Counted from the first letter of the stretch, positions 24,495 to 34,728 are shown. The stretch: DNA of 64,000 nucleotides from an uncultured Candidatus Saccharibacteria bacterium (GCA_964629815.1 CAZVTA010000002.1:130096-194095), one strand, 5' to 3'. The notes: a model not told the origin generated them from the sequence alone. Made by a program: numbers and translations.

Positions 24495-25829
24495 ATGCAG
24501 AAAACTATCGAAGACAAGCTTGTGTCTCTCTCAAGAGTAATCTTTATGCTCGTGTTGGCATATGTGCCACTGCATATATTTATATCTACCGTAATCGGTA
24601 CGCAGATTGGTGGGCTTGCGTTTTGGAAGGTCGCCAAGGATATTGTTATGTTCATTGGGTTCGGTCTTTTGCTATTCGCAAGCATGCAAAAACCATGGTT
24701 TAGCAAATTTATGTGGCGCAGAACAACAACTATAATTATTTTATATGGCTTGCTAACGCTGATCTTGGCGTTGTTTAGAGATACTGACCTTGACGCGGAG
24801 GTGCTTGGCATAGTCTATAATCTTCGATTTCTAGTGTTCTTCTTATACGCAGGACTGTTGGGCTTCTGGGTAAGGCCCCGAGATTTGTTTAAGTCTGCAG
24901 TAAAGACGGCCATGGTTTCGGGGATGATTGTGGTTTTGTTTGGGATGTTTCAATATTTTGTACTACCCAATGACGCTCTTTCTCGTATAGGATTTACCAA
25001 AGAAAACGGCGTCTTTCCAGTATTTTTCATTGATGATAAACCAAATCTTGAGCGTGTAATGTCAACAGTGCGAGATCCAAACTCGCTCGGCTCATATTTG
25101 ATTGTGTTGATCTGTTTGATTGGCGCGTATTATGCCTCTGCACGGGGCTTACAAAAGAAGATGCTTGCGATATATGGCTTGGGGGCTGTGTTGTGCATGT
25201 ACCTTACCTTTTCGAGAAGTGCTTGGCTAGGACTTATCTTGTCTCTAGTGATTGTCGCGTTATTCGGTGCAAAAAAACATATAGCCAAAAGGACTGCCGC
25301 TATTGGAGCAGGCATTGTTGCTGCTGTCTTTCTTCTTGCGGTTACAGGACTATACATGAAGCGCAACTCATATTTCGTACAAAATGTTCTATTCCACGCG
25401 GATCAATCCACAGTTCAGGAGGATCCAAACGAACTAAGAGTGAGGTTTGTAAAAGAGTCTTTGTCGCAAATTTCACGCGAGCCACTCGGTTCTGGGCCAG
25501 GCACCGCTGGCCTTGCATCGATCAGAAATGATAAGCAAGGAGTGCGTCTTAATGAGAACTATTATTTGCAAGTCGCAACAGAAGTTGGAATTTTGGGGCT
25601 GGTCTTGTTCTTGGCGATTCTGTTTTATGTGATACGTGCGCTATATGAGCCAAGCAGCATGGATCGTGTGTTTATGTTGGCTGCTTTTGGGGGGCTTTTG
25701 TTTACGAACATGCTTGTTCATATATGGTCAAACGAAGCAGTAGCCTATACTTGGTGGGGTCTTGCGGGGTTATTGATAGGCGGTGTTGAGCTAAAGCATT
25801 TTACAACACCTAACAAGACTAGAGTTTAG
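24495..25829 (+). CDS. O-antigen ligase/polymerase-like (Wzy_C domain) polytopic membrane protein
   Basis: The likely start is the ATG at 24495 (MQKTIEDK...); the track start at 24432 would overlap the divergent gene. There are more than 10 TM helices and a Wzy_C-like loop YLTFSRSAWLGLILSLVIV. Confidence 0.7.
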   Translation: MQKTIEDKLVSLSRVIFMLVLAYVPLHIFISTVIGTQIGGLAFWKVAKDIVMFIGFGLLLFASMQKPWFSKFMWRRTTTIIILYGLLTLILALFRDTDLDAEVLGIVYNLRFLVFFLYAGLLGFWVRPRDLFKSAVKTAMVSGMIVVLFGMFQYFVLPNDALSRIGFTKENGVFPVFFIDDKPNLERVMSTVRDPNSLGSYLIVLICLIGAYYASARGLQKKMLAIYGLGAVLCMYLTFSRSAWLGLILSLVIVALFGAKKHIAKRTAAIGAGIVAAVFLLAVTGLYMKRNSYFVQNVLFHADQSTVQEDPNELRVRFVKESLSQISREPLGSGPGTAGLASIRNDKQGVRLNENYYLQVATEVGILGLVLFLAILFYVIRALYEPSSMDRVFMLAAFGGLLFTNMLVHIWSNEAVAYTWWGLAGLLIGGVELKHFTTPNKTRV

Positions 25830-25881
25830 GTATAATAGGTATCATCTGTTCACAATAATTAACGGAGGATCGAAAACGAAG

Positions 25882-26919
25882 ATGAGCAAGACAGCCTTGA
25901 TTACAGGAATCGCCGGCCAAGACGGCGGACATTTGGCAAAATTACTTCACAAAAAAGGCTACAAAGTTTTCGGTGTTATTCGTGGTCAGCTCGAGTCAAG
26001 TCATCCTCGCTACCAAAGAGTAAAAGAAGAGATGCCATACGTAGAATTGGTTATGGCAGATTTGCTCGATCTTGCTTCCCTAACCCGCGCAATGCAAGAA
26101 ATAAAGCCGGATGAAGTCTATAATCTAGCCGCCATTAGCCATGTTGGTTATTCATTCCGCGACCCTATTCTAACGGCTGATATTACCGGTAGGGGTGTGC
26201 TCAATGTTCTAGAGGCAATTCGTTTAGCTGGCCTAGAAAAGACTACTAGATTCTACCAGGCATCTACGAGCGAAATGTTTGGCGGATTGGATTACAACCG
26301 CCCAGAGACTGGATATACCGAAGACGCTTCATTTCACCCTCGCAGTCCATATGGCGTTGCTAAGCTGTATGGTCACTGGATCACCAAAAACTACCGTGAA
26401 AGTTACGGCATGTTCGCCGCTAGCGGTATCCTTTTTAACCACGAGGGAGAACGTCGGGGGCCAGAATTTGTCACCCGAAAGATCAGCAAGGCGGTGGCGC
26501 GTATCAAGCACGGAAAGCAACAAGATATTGAACTCGGCAACCTAGACTCAAAGCGTGACTGGGGTTATGCTGGCGACTATGTCGAAGGTATGTGGAGAAT
26601 GTTGCAACAAGATGATCCCGGAGACTTTGTGTTGGCAACGGGTGAAACGCACTCTATTCGTGAGTTTTGCGAGCTGGCATTTAAAGAAATCGGTATTAGC
26701 ATAACCTGGAAAGGTAAGGGAGCTGAAGAGGTTGGTGCAGACGAGGCTACCGGTAAAACACTAATTAAAATTAACCCAGACTTCTTTAGACCAGCAGAAG
26801 TGGATCTACTGCTCGGAGATCCAACTAAGGCTGAGACAGTGCTTGGCTGGAAGCGTGAAGTAGACTTCCCTGGTCTTGTTAGGCTTATGGTTGAGCACGA
26901 CCTCAAGGCAGAAGCCTAG
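25882..26919 (+). CDS. gmd: GDP-mannose 4,6-dehydratase
   Basis: RBS GGAGGA. Motifs are ALITGIAGQDGGHLAKLL, QASTSEMFG and SPYGVAKLYGHW (SDR YxxxK), with the Gmd-typical ILFNHEGERRG. Confidence 0.9.
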   Translation: MSKTALITGIAGQDGGHLAKLLHKKGYKVFGVIRGQLESSHPRYQRVKEEMPYVELVMADLLDLASLTRAMQEIKPDEVYNLAAISHVGYSFRDPILTADITGRGVLNVLEAIRLAGLEKTTRFYQASTSEMFGGLDYNRPETGYTEDASFHPRSPYGVAKLYGHWITKNYRESYGMFAASGILFNHEGERRGPEFVTRKISKAVARIKHGKQQDIELGNLDSKRDWGYAGDYVEGMWRMLQQDDPGDFVLATGETHSIREFCELAFKEIGISITWKGKGAEEVGADEATGKTLIKINPDFFRPAEVDLLLGDPTKAETVLGWKREVDFPGLVRLMVEHDLKAEA

Positions 26920-26924
26920 TAAGG

Positions 26925-27863
26925 TTATTTTAGGTTGGTTGCTTTAAACCAAGTGACATAATCTTGAATGATGGTTGCCAAATCTTTTTCGGGCTTCCAG
27001 TCTAGATCTTCTAATATTCTTTGATAGCTACCATATAAACTCAAAGGATCGTTTGGTCGGCCTATGGTTGGGTCGATAGTAGTTGGAAGTTTGTCTTTGC
27101 CTAACGCCTTCTCGATGGCGGTAATAAGCTCATCTCGTGACGTTGCTATTCCCGAGCATATATTATAGGTGTGGTGAGGTAGGTCTCCTGAGTGACTTGC
27201 GATTAAGCGGTAGGCGCGAACAACGTCATCAACATGGGTATAATCCCTGCTCGTGTTTAGCGGGCCAACGGTCAAAGCGTCGCTTGTCATGATTTTTTGG
27301 GTCAAATCAGGAACTATAAATCCAGGTCCCTGCCCGGGCCCGGTATGATTGAGCGGGCGGGCAACGATAATCTCTAGACCCTTTTCACGGTACGCTTCCA
27401 GTTTCTCTTCGAGCATCACCTTGCTTACCGCATAAGGAGAGCCGGAAGTTACAAGTCGGCTGTCTTCAGTAAGTGGCATAGGCTGGTTGCTGTCATACAC
27501 CGCACCACTACTGACTGCCAATACACGTGGCATTCGTGCTTCGGCAACAAGTCTGTCGAGTAAATTGGTATGCGCTAAGACGTTTACTTTATAATAAAGC
27601 TCATCAGGTAAAGATGTTTGACTTGGTGTGGCTAATGCGGCTAAGTTAATAATCGCATCAATTTCGTCAATGACTATGTGTTCGACCTCAGTAGTATTGG
27701 TTAAGTCGCACTGCGTATATGATGCGACTAATTTTTTAATATCAGTCGCGCATTCAGCATCCAACCCGGTGCCGTGCACTTGTATATTTGCGCTGTTTAA
27801 TTCCCGAGCCAGGTGTTTTCCGACGAAACCATTCACACCAACAATGAGTACGTTATTGATCAT
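26925..27863 (-). CDS. NAD(P)-dependent sugar epimerase/reductase, Rmd-like (candidate GDP-4-keto-6-deoxy-D-mannose reductase)
   Basis: Motifs are VLIVGVNGFVGKHLAREL, SPYAVSK, ARPLNHTGPGQGPGFIV and LNTSRDYTHVDDVVRAY. The pattern resembles GDP-6-deoxy-D-mannose reductase more than GDP-fucose synthase as I recall them. The gene is convergent with gmd. Confidence 0.55.
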   Translation of the reverse strand: MINNVLIVGVNGFVGKHLARELNSANIQVHGTGLDAECATDIKKLVASYTQCDLTNTTEVEHIVIDEIDAIINLAALATPSQTSLPDELYYKVNVLAHTNLLDRLVAEARMPRVLAVSSGAVYDSNQPMPLTEDSRLVTSGSPYAVSKVMLEEKLEAYREKGLEIIVARPLNHTGPGQGPGFIVPDLTQKIMTSDALTVGPLNTSRDYTHVDDVVRAYRLIASHSGDLPHHTYNICSGIATSRDELITAIEKALGKDKLPTTIDPTIGRPNDPLSLYGSYQRILEDLDWKPEKDLATIIQDYVTWFKATNLK

Positions 27864-27926
27864 GGGTGTATTATAGGGGCAAACCAGCGTTGCTGTATAG
27901 GGCGAAGAAGGCTAGAATATAAACAA

Positions 27927-28730
27927 GTGCAAACGAAACAACAACGCTACCGATATCCGCTTATTTTACTGAGGCAGTTGGTTAAGACCGATTTTAAGTT
28001 ACGGTACCAAGGCTCGGTGTTGGGCTATGTTTGGTCACTATTGCGCCCTTTGGCAATTTTTGTGATTCTGTACGTTGTTTTTACCCGATTTCTTAGTATC
28101 GGAAAAGACGTACCACACTACCCGGTCTATCTTTTGCTCGGTATCATACTGTGGAACTTTTTTATAGAGATAACAACAGGCAATGTTAGTGTTATTGTGT
28201 CCAGCAGCGATCTGATTAGGAAAATTAACTTCCCAAAATATATTATTGTTTTAGCAAATTCGGTTTCAGCCTTGATTAACCTTCTACTCAACTTGGTTGT
28301 GGTGGCAGTGTTTATGTATGTTAACCATGTTGATATACAGGCTTCGGCGATATTGTTCCCTCTGTTGGTTTTGGAACTTTTTGTGTTTGCGCTCGCCCTC
28401 GGGTTCTTTTTGAGCGCTGCGTTTGTTCGGTTTCGTGATATTACATACATTTGGGACGTGGTAGTGCAAGGCGCCTTCTACGCCACTCCCCTACTTTATC
28501 CGTTAACTAAGGTTCCTTTGGAAGCAGCCAAGATTTTAATGTTAAATCCGGTTGCCCAGATTGTCCAAGACAGTCGGTATGTCCTCATTACTAGTCAATC
28601 ACAGACCATTGGTTCGGTGTATGGCAACGAAATGGTTCGATTGGTTCCTATAGTGGCGGTTGTTGTTTGTGCGCTGGTGGCAGGTGTTTATTTTAAGGCC
28701 CGTTCCCGTTATTTTGCGGAGGAAGTGTAA
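27927..28730 (+). CDS. ABC-2 type polysaccharide/teichoic-acid export permease (Wzm/TagG-like)
   Basis: The start is uncertain. GTG at 27927 is the first start codon clear of the divergent gene, whereas the track ATG at 27813 overlaps it. The motif DFKLRYQGSVLGYVWSLLRPL is followed by six TM helices. Confidence 0.75.
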   Translation: MQTKQQRYRYPLILLRQLVKTDFKLRYQGSVLGYVWSLLRPLAIFVILYVVFTRFLSIGKDVPHYPVYLLLGIILWNFFIEITTGNVSVIVSSSDLIRKINFPKYIIVLANSVSALINLLLNLVVVAVFMYVNHVDIQASAILFPLLVLELFVFALALGFFLSAAFVRFRDITYIWDVVVQGAFYATPLLYPLTKVPLEAAKILMLNPVAQIVQDSRYVLITSQSQTIGSVYGNEMVRLVPIVAVVVCALVAGVYFKARSRYFAEEV

Positions 28731-29914
28731 TGAGCAACACGGCAGTGACAATTAAACGGGTTTCAAAAGATTTTCACTACACGAGCAGTCGCGCAGGAAC
28801 AGTTAAAAGCTTGCTTACGAGCGCATTTAGGTCACGACAAGAGAAGCGGAGCGACATTCAGCATGCCTTACGAAACATCTCGTTCGATATAAAAAAAGGT
28901 GAATTTTTCGGCATTGTTGGTCGTAACGGAAGCGGAAAAAGTACGTTGCTAAAAATGATAGCTGGTATTTATCAGCCGAACACGGGAAGTATTGTCGTTG
29001 AAGGAAAGCTTGTTCCGTTTATCGAGTTGGGTGTTGGCTTTAATCCTGAGCTAACTGGTCGTGAAAACGTCTACCTAAACGGAGCACTTCTTGGTTTTAG
29101 TAGGAAAGAGATAGAGGCTCAATATCAAGAGATAGTTCAATTTGCCGAGCTAGAAAAGTTCATGGACCAGCAATTGAAGAATTATTCATCAGGTATGCAG
29201 GTGCGTCTTGCCTTTTCTATGGCAGTCCGTGCAAAGGCTGATGTGTTGCTTATTGACGAGGTGCTGGCCGTTGGTGATGCAGACTTCCAGCGTAAGTGCT
29301 ATGACTATTTCAAACAGCTTAAAAAGGAATCCAAGACAGTTATTTTTGTTAGCCACGACATGGGGGCGGTACAGGAGTATTGTGATCGGGTGGCGCTCAT
29401 TGAAAAAAGCGAATTAGTAACTATTGGTTCTCCTGACAAAATATCTCAGCTGTATCGACAATTATTCAATGGCGAAGCAAAGCCATCGGCAAAAGAAATT
29501 GAGGGTAAACGATGGGGTGATGGTTCGGTAGCTACAACCGAAATTGCAACCCAAGTCATCAAAGATACGATCATTATTAGTCAGACGTTCGTCGCGCACG
29601 TTGATGACCTGAGTGTAGTTGCGGGTATTCGCATCAAAGACACCGCCGGTAAAGAAGTGGCCGGAACAAACACCAAGATTGAGAACATAAAGGTTAATCC
29701 AACTAAAATAGGCGAAACAACAACTATTATTTGGAAGATGCCCAATGTCCTTAGTGACGGCGAGTACATAGTTGATCCTTCGGTGATTCTTGCAGATGGA
29801 ATTACGGTAGCCGATTGGTGGAATGATGCCACTACGTTTACCATTCGCAAAGACCGACACCTTCCGTATCCAGTGGATCCAGGATTTACGGTTGATATCA
29901 GTGTAGAAAAATAA
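28730..29914 (+). CDS. ABC transporter ATP-binding protein (Wzt/TagH-like) with C-terminal extra domain
   Basis: Walker A is GRNGSGKSTLL, the signature YSSGMQVRLAFS and Walker B LLIDEVLAVGD. About 150 further C-terminal residues are beta-rich and could form a Wzt-type glycan-terminus-binding domain. Confidence 0.85.
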   Translation: MSNTAVTIKRVSKDFHYTSSRAGTVKSLLTSAFRSRQEKRSDIQHALRNISFDIKKGEFFGIVGRNGSGKSTLLKMIAGIYQPNTGSIVVEGKLVPFIELGVGFNPELTGRENVYLNGALLGFSRKEIEAQYQEIVQFAELEKFMDQQLKNYSSGMQVRLAFSMAVRAKADVLLIDEVLAVGDADFQRKCYDYFKQLKKESKTVIFVSHDMGAVQEYCDRVALIEKSELVTIGSPDKISQLYRQLFNGEAKPSAKEIEGKRWGDGSVATTEIATQVIKDTIIISQTFVAHVDDLSVVAGIRIKDTAGKEVAGTNTKIENIKVNPTKIGETTTIIWKMPNVLSDGEYIVDPSVILADGITVADWWNDATTFTIRKDRHLPYPVDPGFTVDISVEK

Positions 29915-29916
29915 CG

Positions 29917-30135
29917 CTACTTGTTTTTAAGTGAGTCTAGCCTATCCTCAAGCTCGATGATTTGTCGATTGGCCCGCAGAAGACCGGCTTCAAGGTCGGC
30001 TATCTTTTTGGTGTGACGATGTAGGGTGTGATGGAAACGAGACAGGTGGCGGGGTAGTAGTATGACCCCAGAAAACCAGCGCATCACGTAACCAATAATA
30101 GGCAGTTGGCCAATAATCTTTTTAATGGTGTTCAT
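29917..30135 (-). CDS. Small hypothetical protein (hydrophobic N-terminus, coiled-coil C-terminus)
   Basis: 72 aa with an ATGA start/stop overlap with the upstream GT4 gene. The C-terminal heptad-like stretch is KKIADLEAGLLRANRQIIELEDRLDSL. Confidence 0.4.
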   Translation of the reverse strand: MNTIKKIIGQLPIIGYVMRWFSGVILLPRHLSRFHHTLHRHTKKIADLEAGLLRANRQIIELEDRLDSLKNK

Positions 30136-31319
30136 TCTGCTGTTCCTTTTTCTAATGCTTCCTCAACAACCGTAACTAATGTCCGCGCGGCATTTTCTGG
30201 TTTGAACATTGGTTGCTCAATATGCTTGAAGCCTTTGGCGACAAGTTCTTGCTGAAGCTTCGTGTCGCCTAGAAGCTTGCTGATCGCTTGGCTGATTTGC
30301 TCGGTATTCTTGGCATTTACTTTGAGCGCGGCATCTCCCACGGCTTCAGGCAATGATGAGTTGTCGCTCGATATTACAGGAGTGCCACAGAACATCGCTT
30401 CAACAGGTGGTATGCCAAAACCTTCATAGCGACTCACATAGGTAAAGATAGAGGCCCCGCTCACAAGCGCCGGCATGTCTTCGTCGGTTACGTAGCCTGT
30501 TGGTTGTGCGACCTTGAGGCCTCTAGCTTGCAGGTCGGTGATTAGATCGTGGATTTCACCGTCTTTCCAACCCTTGGCACCTACTAGAAGTAGCGAATAA
30601 TCTTTGAGTTGTTCTGGGTCTAGCATGGCGTAAGCCTTGAGTAGTGTAACTAAATTCTTGCGTGGCTCTATATTACCCACGAACAGGATGTATTTGCCAA
30701 AAACTCCGTATTTGGCACGAACATTTTTAATTTCGATATCAGTACGGGGATAAAAGTTACGCTTATCGATAATTGGGTAGATTATCGCTAGATTTTTTTC
30801 TGGCACACCATAATGTTCAACAATCTCTTGTTTGCTGTTTTTTGAGATGGTAATTACTTTTGTCGCACGTTGGGCAGCAAGTTGGGCTTGTTTGATAAGG
30901 AAGCGGGTATTGAGGTCTGCCGAAAACTCAGGGTGCAGTGCGAAGGAAAGGTCATAGATTATCGGAATACTAGGGCTAGACAGTGTGGGCCAGCTGCTAA
31001 AGTGAGGGAAAATGTATACTTGGCGACCAAAAAGTAGGTCGATGGGTGGCAGAAGGCCGTACATCTTTAGTTTGTTTGCAATACGTGGCCCGATGGGCAT
31101 GCGAATAATACGGAAGTTCTTAAACCCGAAACGATTAACACGGTGTTTGAGCCTCCACGGCACACCTAGACTCACCTCTAAATAGTTGTAATTCGGTTTT
31201 TCTAACAACTGGTCGAGTTCTTTTAGTAAGGCTGCTGTGTAATGGCCAATACCGCTAAAGTGCTCTAGGCAAATAACTTCGGCATCGATGAATATTTTTA
31301 TTTTGCCAGGCTGTTTCAT
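30132..31319 (-). CDS. Glycosyltransferase family 4
   Basis: Signature SRYEGFGIPPVEAMFCGTPVISS. Length is 395 aa. Confidence 0.8.
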   Translation of the reverse strand: MKQPGKIKIFIDAEVICLEHFSGIGHYTAALLKELDQLLEKPNYNYLEVSLGVPWRLKHRVNRFGFKNFRIIRMPIGPRIANKLKMYGLLPPIDLLFGRQVYIFPHFSSWPTLSSPSIPIIYDLSFALHPEFSADLNTRFLIKQAQLAAQRATKVITISKNSKQEIVEHYGVPEKNLAIIYPIIDKRNFYPRTDIEIKNVRAKYGVFGKYILFVGNIEPRKNLVTLLKAYAMLDPEQLKDYSLLLVGAKGWKDGEIHDLITDLQARGLKVAQPTGYVTDEDMPALVSGASIFTYVSRYEGFGIPPVEAMFCGTPVISSDNSSLPEAVGDAALKVNAKNTEQISQAISKLLGDTKLQQELVAKGFKHIEQPMFKPENAARTLVTVVEEALEKGTAE

Positions 31320-31343
31320 TATTAGGCTATTATAGCAAATCTA

Positions 31344-32480
31344 TTACGTTTCATGGCTTTGATCTTTACTCCGAAGGGGCACGATGGTTTTTAATGACCG
31401 CACGAAATCTTTGTATGATTGTTCGTGGGTGAACTGCTTGGAATGGGAAAATGCTTGCATCCTTAATTGCTCCAATCGCTTCGGGTCGCGCAATGTTTGA
31501 GTGATGCGTTCTGCAAGTGCGTGTATATTGCCGTTTGGCACAGTAAGACCCGTTTCATTATTTCGCACGCTATCCCTTAGGCCGTCGGCATTGTAGACGA
31601 TAGCAGGTGTTCCTTGGCTGTTGGCCTCGGTAACGATTAATCCCCAGCCTTCTTTTACGGACGTAACAATAATTGCCGATGATTCTCGCAAGAGAGCAGT
31701 TTTTTCTTGCTCACTAATTCGTCCACGCACCGTTATAGCCACACGATGGGGGGATTGTTCGATGTACTTTAAGACCCTTGCGCCGTATTTACTGTTTGCG
31801 TTGCCCGCCATAACCAAGGTAAGTTTCGGGTTTTTAGTCCGCGCAATCTCAAAAGCTTTAACTGCATCTAATGGTCGTTTCATTGGTCGAAAAGCACCCA
31901 AGAACAAAATCTGGTTGGTTTTTTTCTTTTCAGGTAAAGATGTGGCATGTGGTGTGTCGAGTCCAACCCGGAACACGTTGATGCTAGAAGCTTTAAATCC
32001 AAAATGTTGCAAGTCTTCCTTAGTGCTTTCGGATTCGGTGAGTACGAGCCGATAGCTGCGAGCAACGACACGCAAGTACAGTGGTTCTATGAGGTAGCCT
32101 AACAGTGATAGCGGAAAAGACATTTGGTAAAACCATACCGATCGAGCAAGCTGATAGGTTAGTAGAACTGGGGTTGCTTTGCCACGATACAGACTGGCCA
32201 AAAATGGTATGGTGTTCATTTCGTCAATAACCACATCCTGGGGTGGTAGAGTTCTGAACTGTGCTTTAGCTCGAAGATATACACTATACCGGCTACCGCT
32301 TCGAAGTACGCGAATGCCGTTAACCACTTCTTCGTCTTGGCTACCTGGGTAACGAGCGGTTATGAGGGTTACTTTGTGACCGTCCTGAACGAGCCGTTTG
32401 CGTATCTCATCTGAAACACGTTCTGCGCCCCCGGCTGCCGGGTGATTACTGTCCTTCCAAGAAAACCAAGTTATCTGCAC
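31344..32480 (-). CDS. Glycosyltransferase family 4
   Basis: Signature SVKEGWGLIVTEANSQGTPAIV. Length is 378 aa. Confidence 0.8.
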   Translation of the reverse strand: MQITWFSWKDSNHPAAGGAERVSDEIRKRLVQDGHKVTLITARYPGSQDEEVVNGIRVLRSGSRYSVYLRAKAQFRTLPPQDVVIDEMNTIPFLASLYRGKATPVLLTYQLARSVWFYQMSFPLSLLGYLIEPLYLRVVARSYRLVLTESESTKEDLQHFGFKASSINVFRVGLDTPHATSLPEKKKTNQILFLGAFRPMKRPLDAVKAFEIARTKNPKLTLVMAGNANSKYGARVLKYIEQSPHRVAITVRGRISEQEKTALLRESSAIIVTSVKEGWGLIVTEANSQGTPAIVYNADGLRDSVRNNETGLTVPNGNIHALAERITQTLRDPKRLEQLRMQAFSHSKQFTHEQSYKDFVRSLKTIVPLRSKDQSHET

Positions 32481-33442
32481 TACTTGCTTTCTTTAATAAT
32501 ATATAATGGTCGATTCTGCGTTTCGTAGTATACGCTTTCTAGGTACAGCGCTAGCAAGCCTTGGCAAACCAGAACTATGCCGACCAGGAACGTTACAAAC
32601 AATGCCAGCAAGGCACTTCCTGTTACTGAAAGCCCGATTGGATCACCTAGAAGATATTTCTGAATTGCCAACACGATACCAGCAATTGCTGATGTGGCGG
32701 ATATTAGTGAACCGAGTAAAGCGATTAACTTTAATGGTCGGGTGGAGTGAGAAACAATACCGTCAATAGCCAGCTTTAGCAACTTTCGGACTGAGTAGGC
32801 GGCCGTTCCTGCATGACGCTCGGCAGCCACGAAAGGCACCTCAATACGATGAAAACCAAGCCAGTCGACAAGGTTGCGCGTAACACGATTACGTTCAGTC
32901 AATTGATTGAAAGCAACAACCACTTTACGGTCGAGTAGTCGAAAATCGGTAGTGCCAGCAACGACATTTTGGCCACCTATAAATCGTAAGACTTTATAGA
33001 ATGCTTTTGAACCATAGCGTTTCACGAAGCCTTCATTAGTGTTTCCGGTCCGTACGCCGACAATTACTTCGTGACCTTGTTCCCACAGCTCAATAAACGT
33101 TTTAAGTAGTTCCACAGGGTGCTGCCCGTCAGCATCCATAATGATTACAGCGTCGGTATCTACCACCGATAGGCCGGCACTGGTAGCGGCTTCTTTACCA
33201 AAATTTCGTGACAATGTGACATATCGAACCGTTTTTGGTTGCTCTTGTTTAAGCTCACGGATGGCTTGGAGCGAACCGTCGCCACTGCCGTCGTCAACAT
33301 AGATGACTTGCCATTGATATTTGTGTTTATAACGCTCAAAAAAAGTTGCTAGTTTTTGATGAAGCCAACTGATGTTGTCCTGTTCATTAAAGACCGGAAT
33401 TAGTACACTTATGGTTTTGTATTGGTTGGTTTGTTTAGTCAT
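32480..33442 (-). CDS. GT2 polyprenol-phosphate glycosyltransferase (GtrB/ArnC-like)
   Basis: Motifs are VLIPVFNEQDNI, YVDDGSGDGS and IMDADGQHP, with two C-terminal TM helices typical of polyprenyl-phosphate sugar synthases. Confidence 0.8.
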   Translation of the reverse strand: MTKQTNQYKTISVLIPVFNEQDNISWLHQKLATFFERYKHKYQWQVIYVDDGSGDGSLQAIRELKQEQPKTVRYVTLSRNFGKEAATSAGLSVVDTDAVIIMDADGQHPVELLKTFIELWEQGHEVIVGVRTGNTNEGFVKRYGSKAFYKVLRFIGGQNVVAGTTDFRLLDRKVVVAFNQLTERNRVTRNLVDWLGFHRIEVPFVAAERHAGTAAYSVRKLLKLAIDGIVSHSTRPLKLIALLGSLISATSAIAGIVLAIQKYLLGDPIGLSVTGSALLALFVTFLVGIVLVCQGLLALYLESVYYETQNRPLYIIKESK

Positions 33443-33533
33443 GTTCTTATTGTCTCCGATTTATATTATATACTGTTGTGATTTAGGCTAGGATGTTTTG
33501 TAAAAGTACTAGTGCTCTATATAATTTCGAACA

Positions 33534-34709
33534 ATGATTAAACTCATAAAATCGACATTTCACAACGAGGCGGAAACTAAAAAAAAGCTGGTAAATTTCA
33601 TCCAATCTGCTCAGATTTTAAGTTTCGGCCCAGAGTGTGAAAAGTTCGAAAAGCAGTTTGCTAAGTGGCAGGGTAGGCGGCACTGTGTCTTTGTGAACAG
33701 TGGTAGTTCGGCTAATTTGGCCATTTTGCAGGCGCTTTTGAACGAAGGCAAAATAAAGCTTGGCGACAAAGTAGGGGTATCTGCGCTTACTTGGTCTACT
33801 AACGTTATGCCGGTCATTCAGCTTGGCTTTACCCCCGTGCCAATCGACGTAGAACTTGATACTTTGAATGTTTCAAGCACTATGCTCCGTAAGGCCTTAC
33901 GGCGACACGAGATACGGGCCTTATTCCTTACTAATCTACTTGGTTTCTGCGACGACATGGCAGAGATTCGATACATTTGTGAACAAGAAGACATTGTATT
34001 AATCGAGGATAATTGTGAGTCGCTCGGCACGGTGTACCGTGGTGAAAAGCTTGGCAATTTTGGCCTAGCTAGTACCTTTTCTTTTTATGTTGGACACCAC
34101 ATGTCGACAATTGAAGGTGGTGCGATTTGTACCGACGACGAAGAGTTAGCAACTATGCTACGACTTGTTCGTGCCCATGGATGGGATCGCAACTTGGCCG
34201 AGCAGCAACAAAAGCAAATTCGTGATAAACATAAAGTGAATAGCCTATTTTATTCTCGTTACACTTTCTACGACCTCGGTTATAACCTGCGACCAACAGA
34301 AATTAACGGCTTTATTGGCAACACACAAATTCCATATCTGAAAGAGATAACCGAAACTAGACAAAATACATTCCTAGAGATTGCCGACAAGATTTATGAA
34401 CAAACCGATCGTTTTTACCCAATTCGCTATGACCACATAGACTTTATATCTAACTTTGCATTTCCTATTGTTTGTAAGACCAAGAAGATTCGCGATGAAC
34501 TGGTAAATAAATGTAACGGCAAAATTGAACTACGCCCAATCGTGGGTGGCGATATGACCAAGCAACCATTCTTTACCAAGTATGCAAAGCACCTTGCCCT
34601 AAAAGACTCTAATGCTGGTCTCATACATGAACAAGGCCTATACTTTGGCAATAATCCGGAGCTAACTAAAGCAGAGAAAAAACAGATAATTTCCATATTC
34701 ACAAGTTAA
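33534..34709 (+). CDS. DegT/DnrJ/EryC1-family PLP/PMP enzyme of the ColD/E1 sugar 3-dehydratase type (His in place of Schiff-base Lys)
   Basis: In FSFYVGHHMSTIEGGAICTDDEELATMLRLVRAHGWDRNL, the position normally holding the PLP lysine (SFxxxK) is His. By my count this is residue 188 of the ORF. No C-terminal Cys cluster of the kind that binds Fe-S in E1 is present. Confidence 0.65.
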   Translation: MIKLIKSTFHNEAETKKKLVNFIQSAQILSFGPECEKFEKQFAKWQGRRHCVFVNSGSSANLAILQALLNEGKIKLGDKVGVSALTWSTNVMPVIQLGFTPVPIDVELDTLNVSSTMLRKALRRHEIRALFLTNLLGFCDDMAEIRYICEQEDIVLIEDNCESLGTVYRGEKLGNFGLASTFSFYVGHHMSTIEGGAICTDDEELATMLRLVRAHGWDRNLAEQQQKQIRDKHKVNSLFYSRYTFYDLGYNLRPTEINGFIGNTQIPYLKEITETRQNTFLEIADKIYEQTDRFYPIRYDHIDFISNFAFPIVCKTKKIRDELVNKCNGKIELRPIVGGDMTKQPFFTKYAKHLALKDSNAGLIHEQGLYFGNNPELTKAEKKQIISIFTS

Positions 34710-34728
34710 TAATTAAACAAAGGTAACA

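Noticed and set aside
27813-27926. Upstream extension of the ABC-2 permease ORF (track start 27813)
   Set aside because: It overlaps the 5' end of the divergent Rmd-like gene. The encoded N-terminus is Cys/Arg-rich and unlike permease N-termini. A GTG at 27927 is preferred, though this start remains uncertain.
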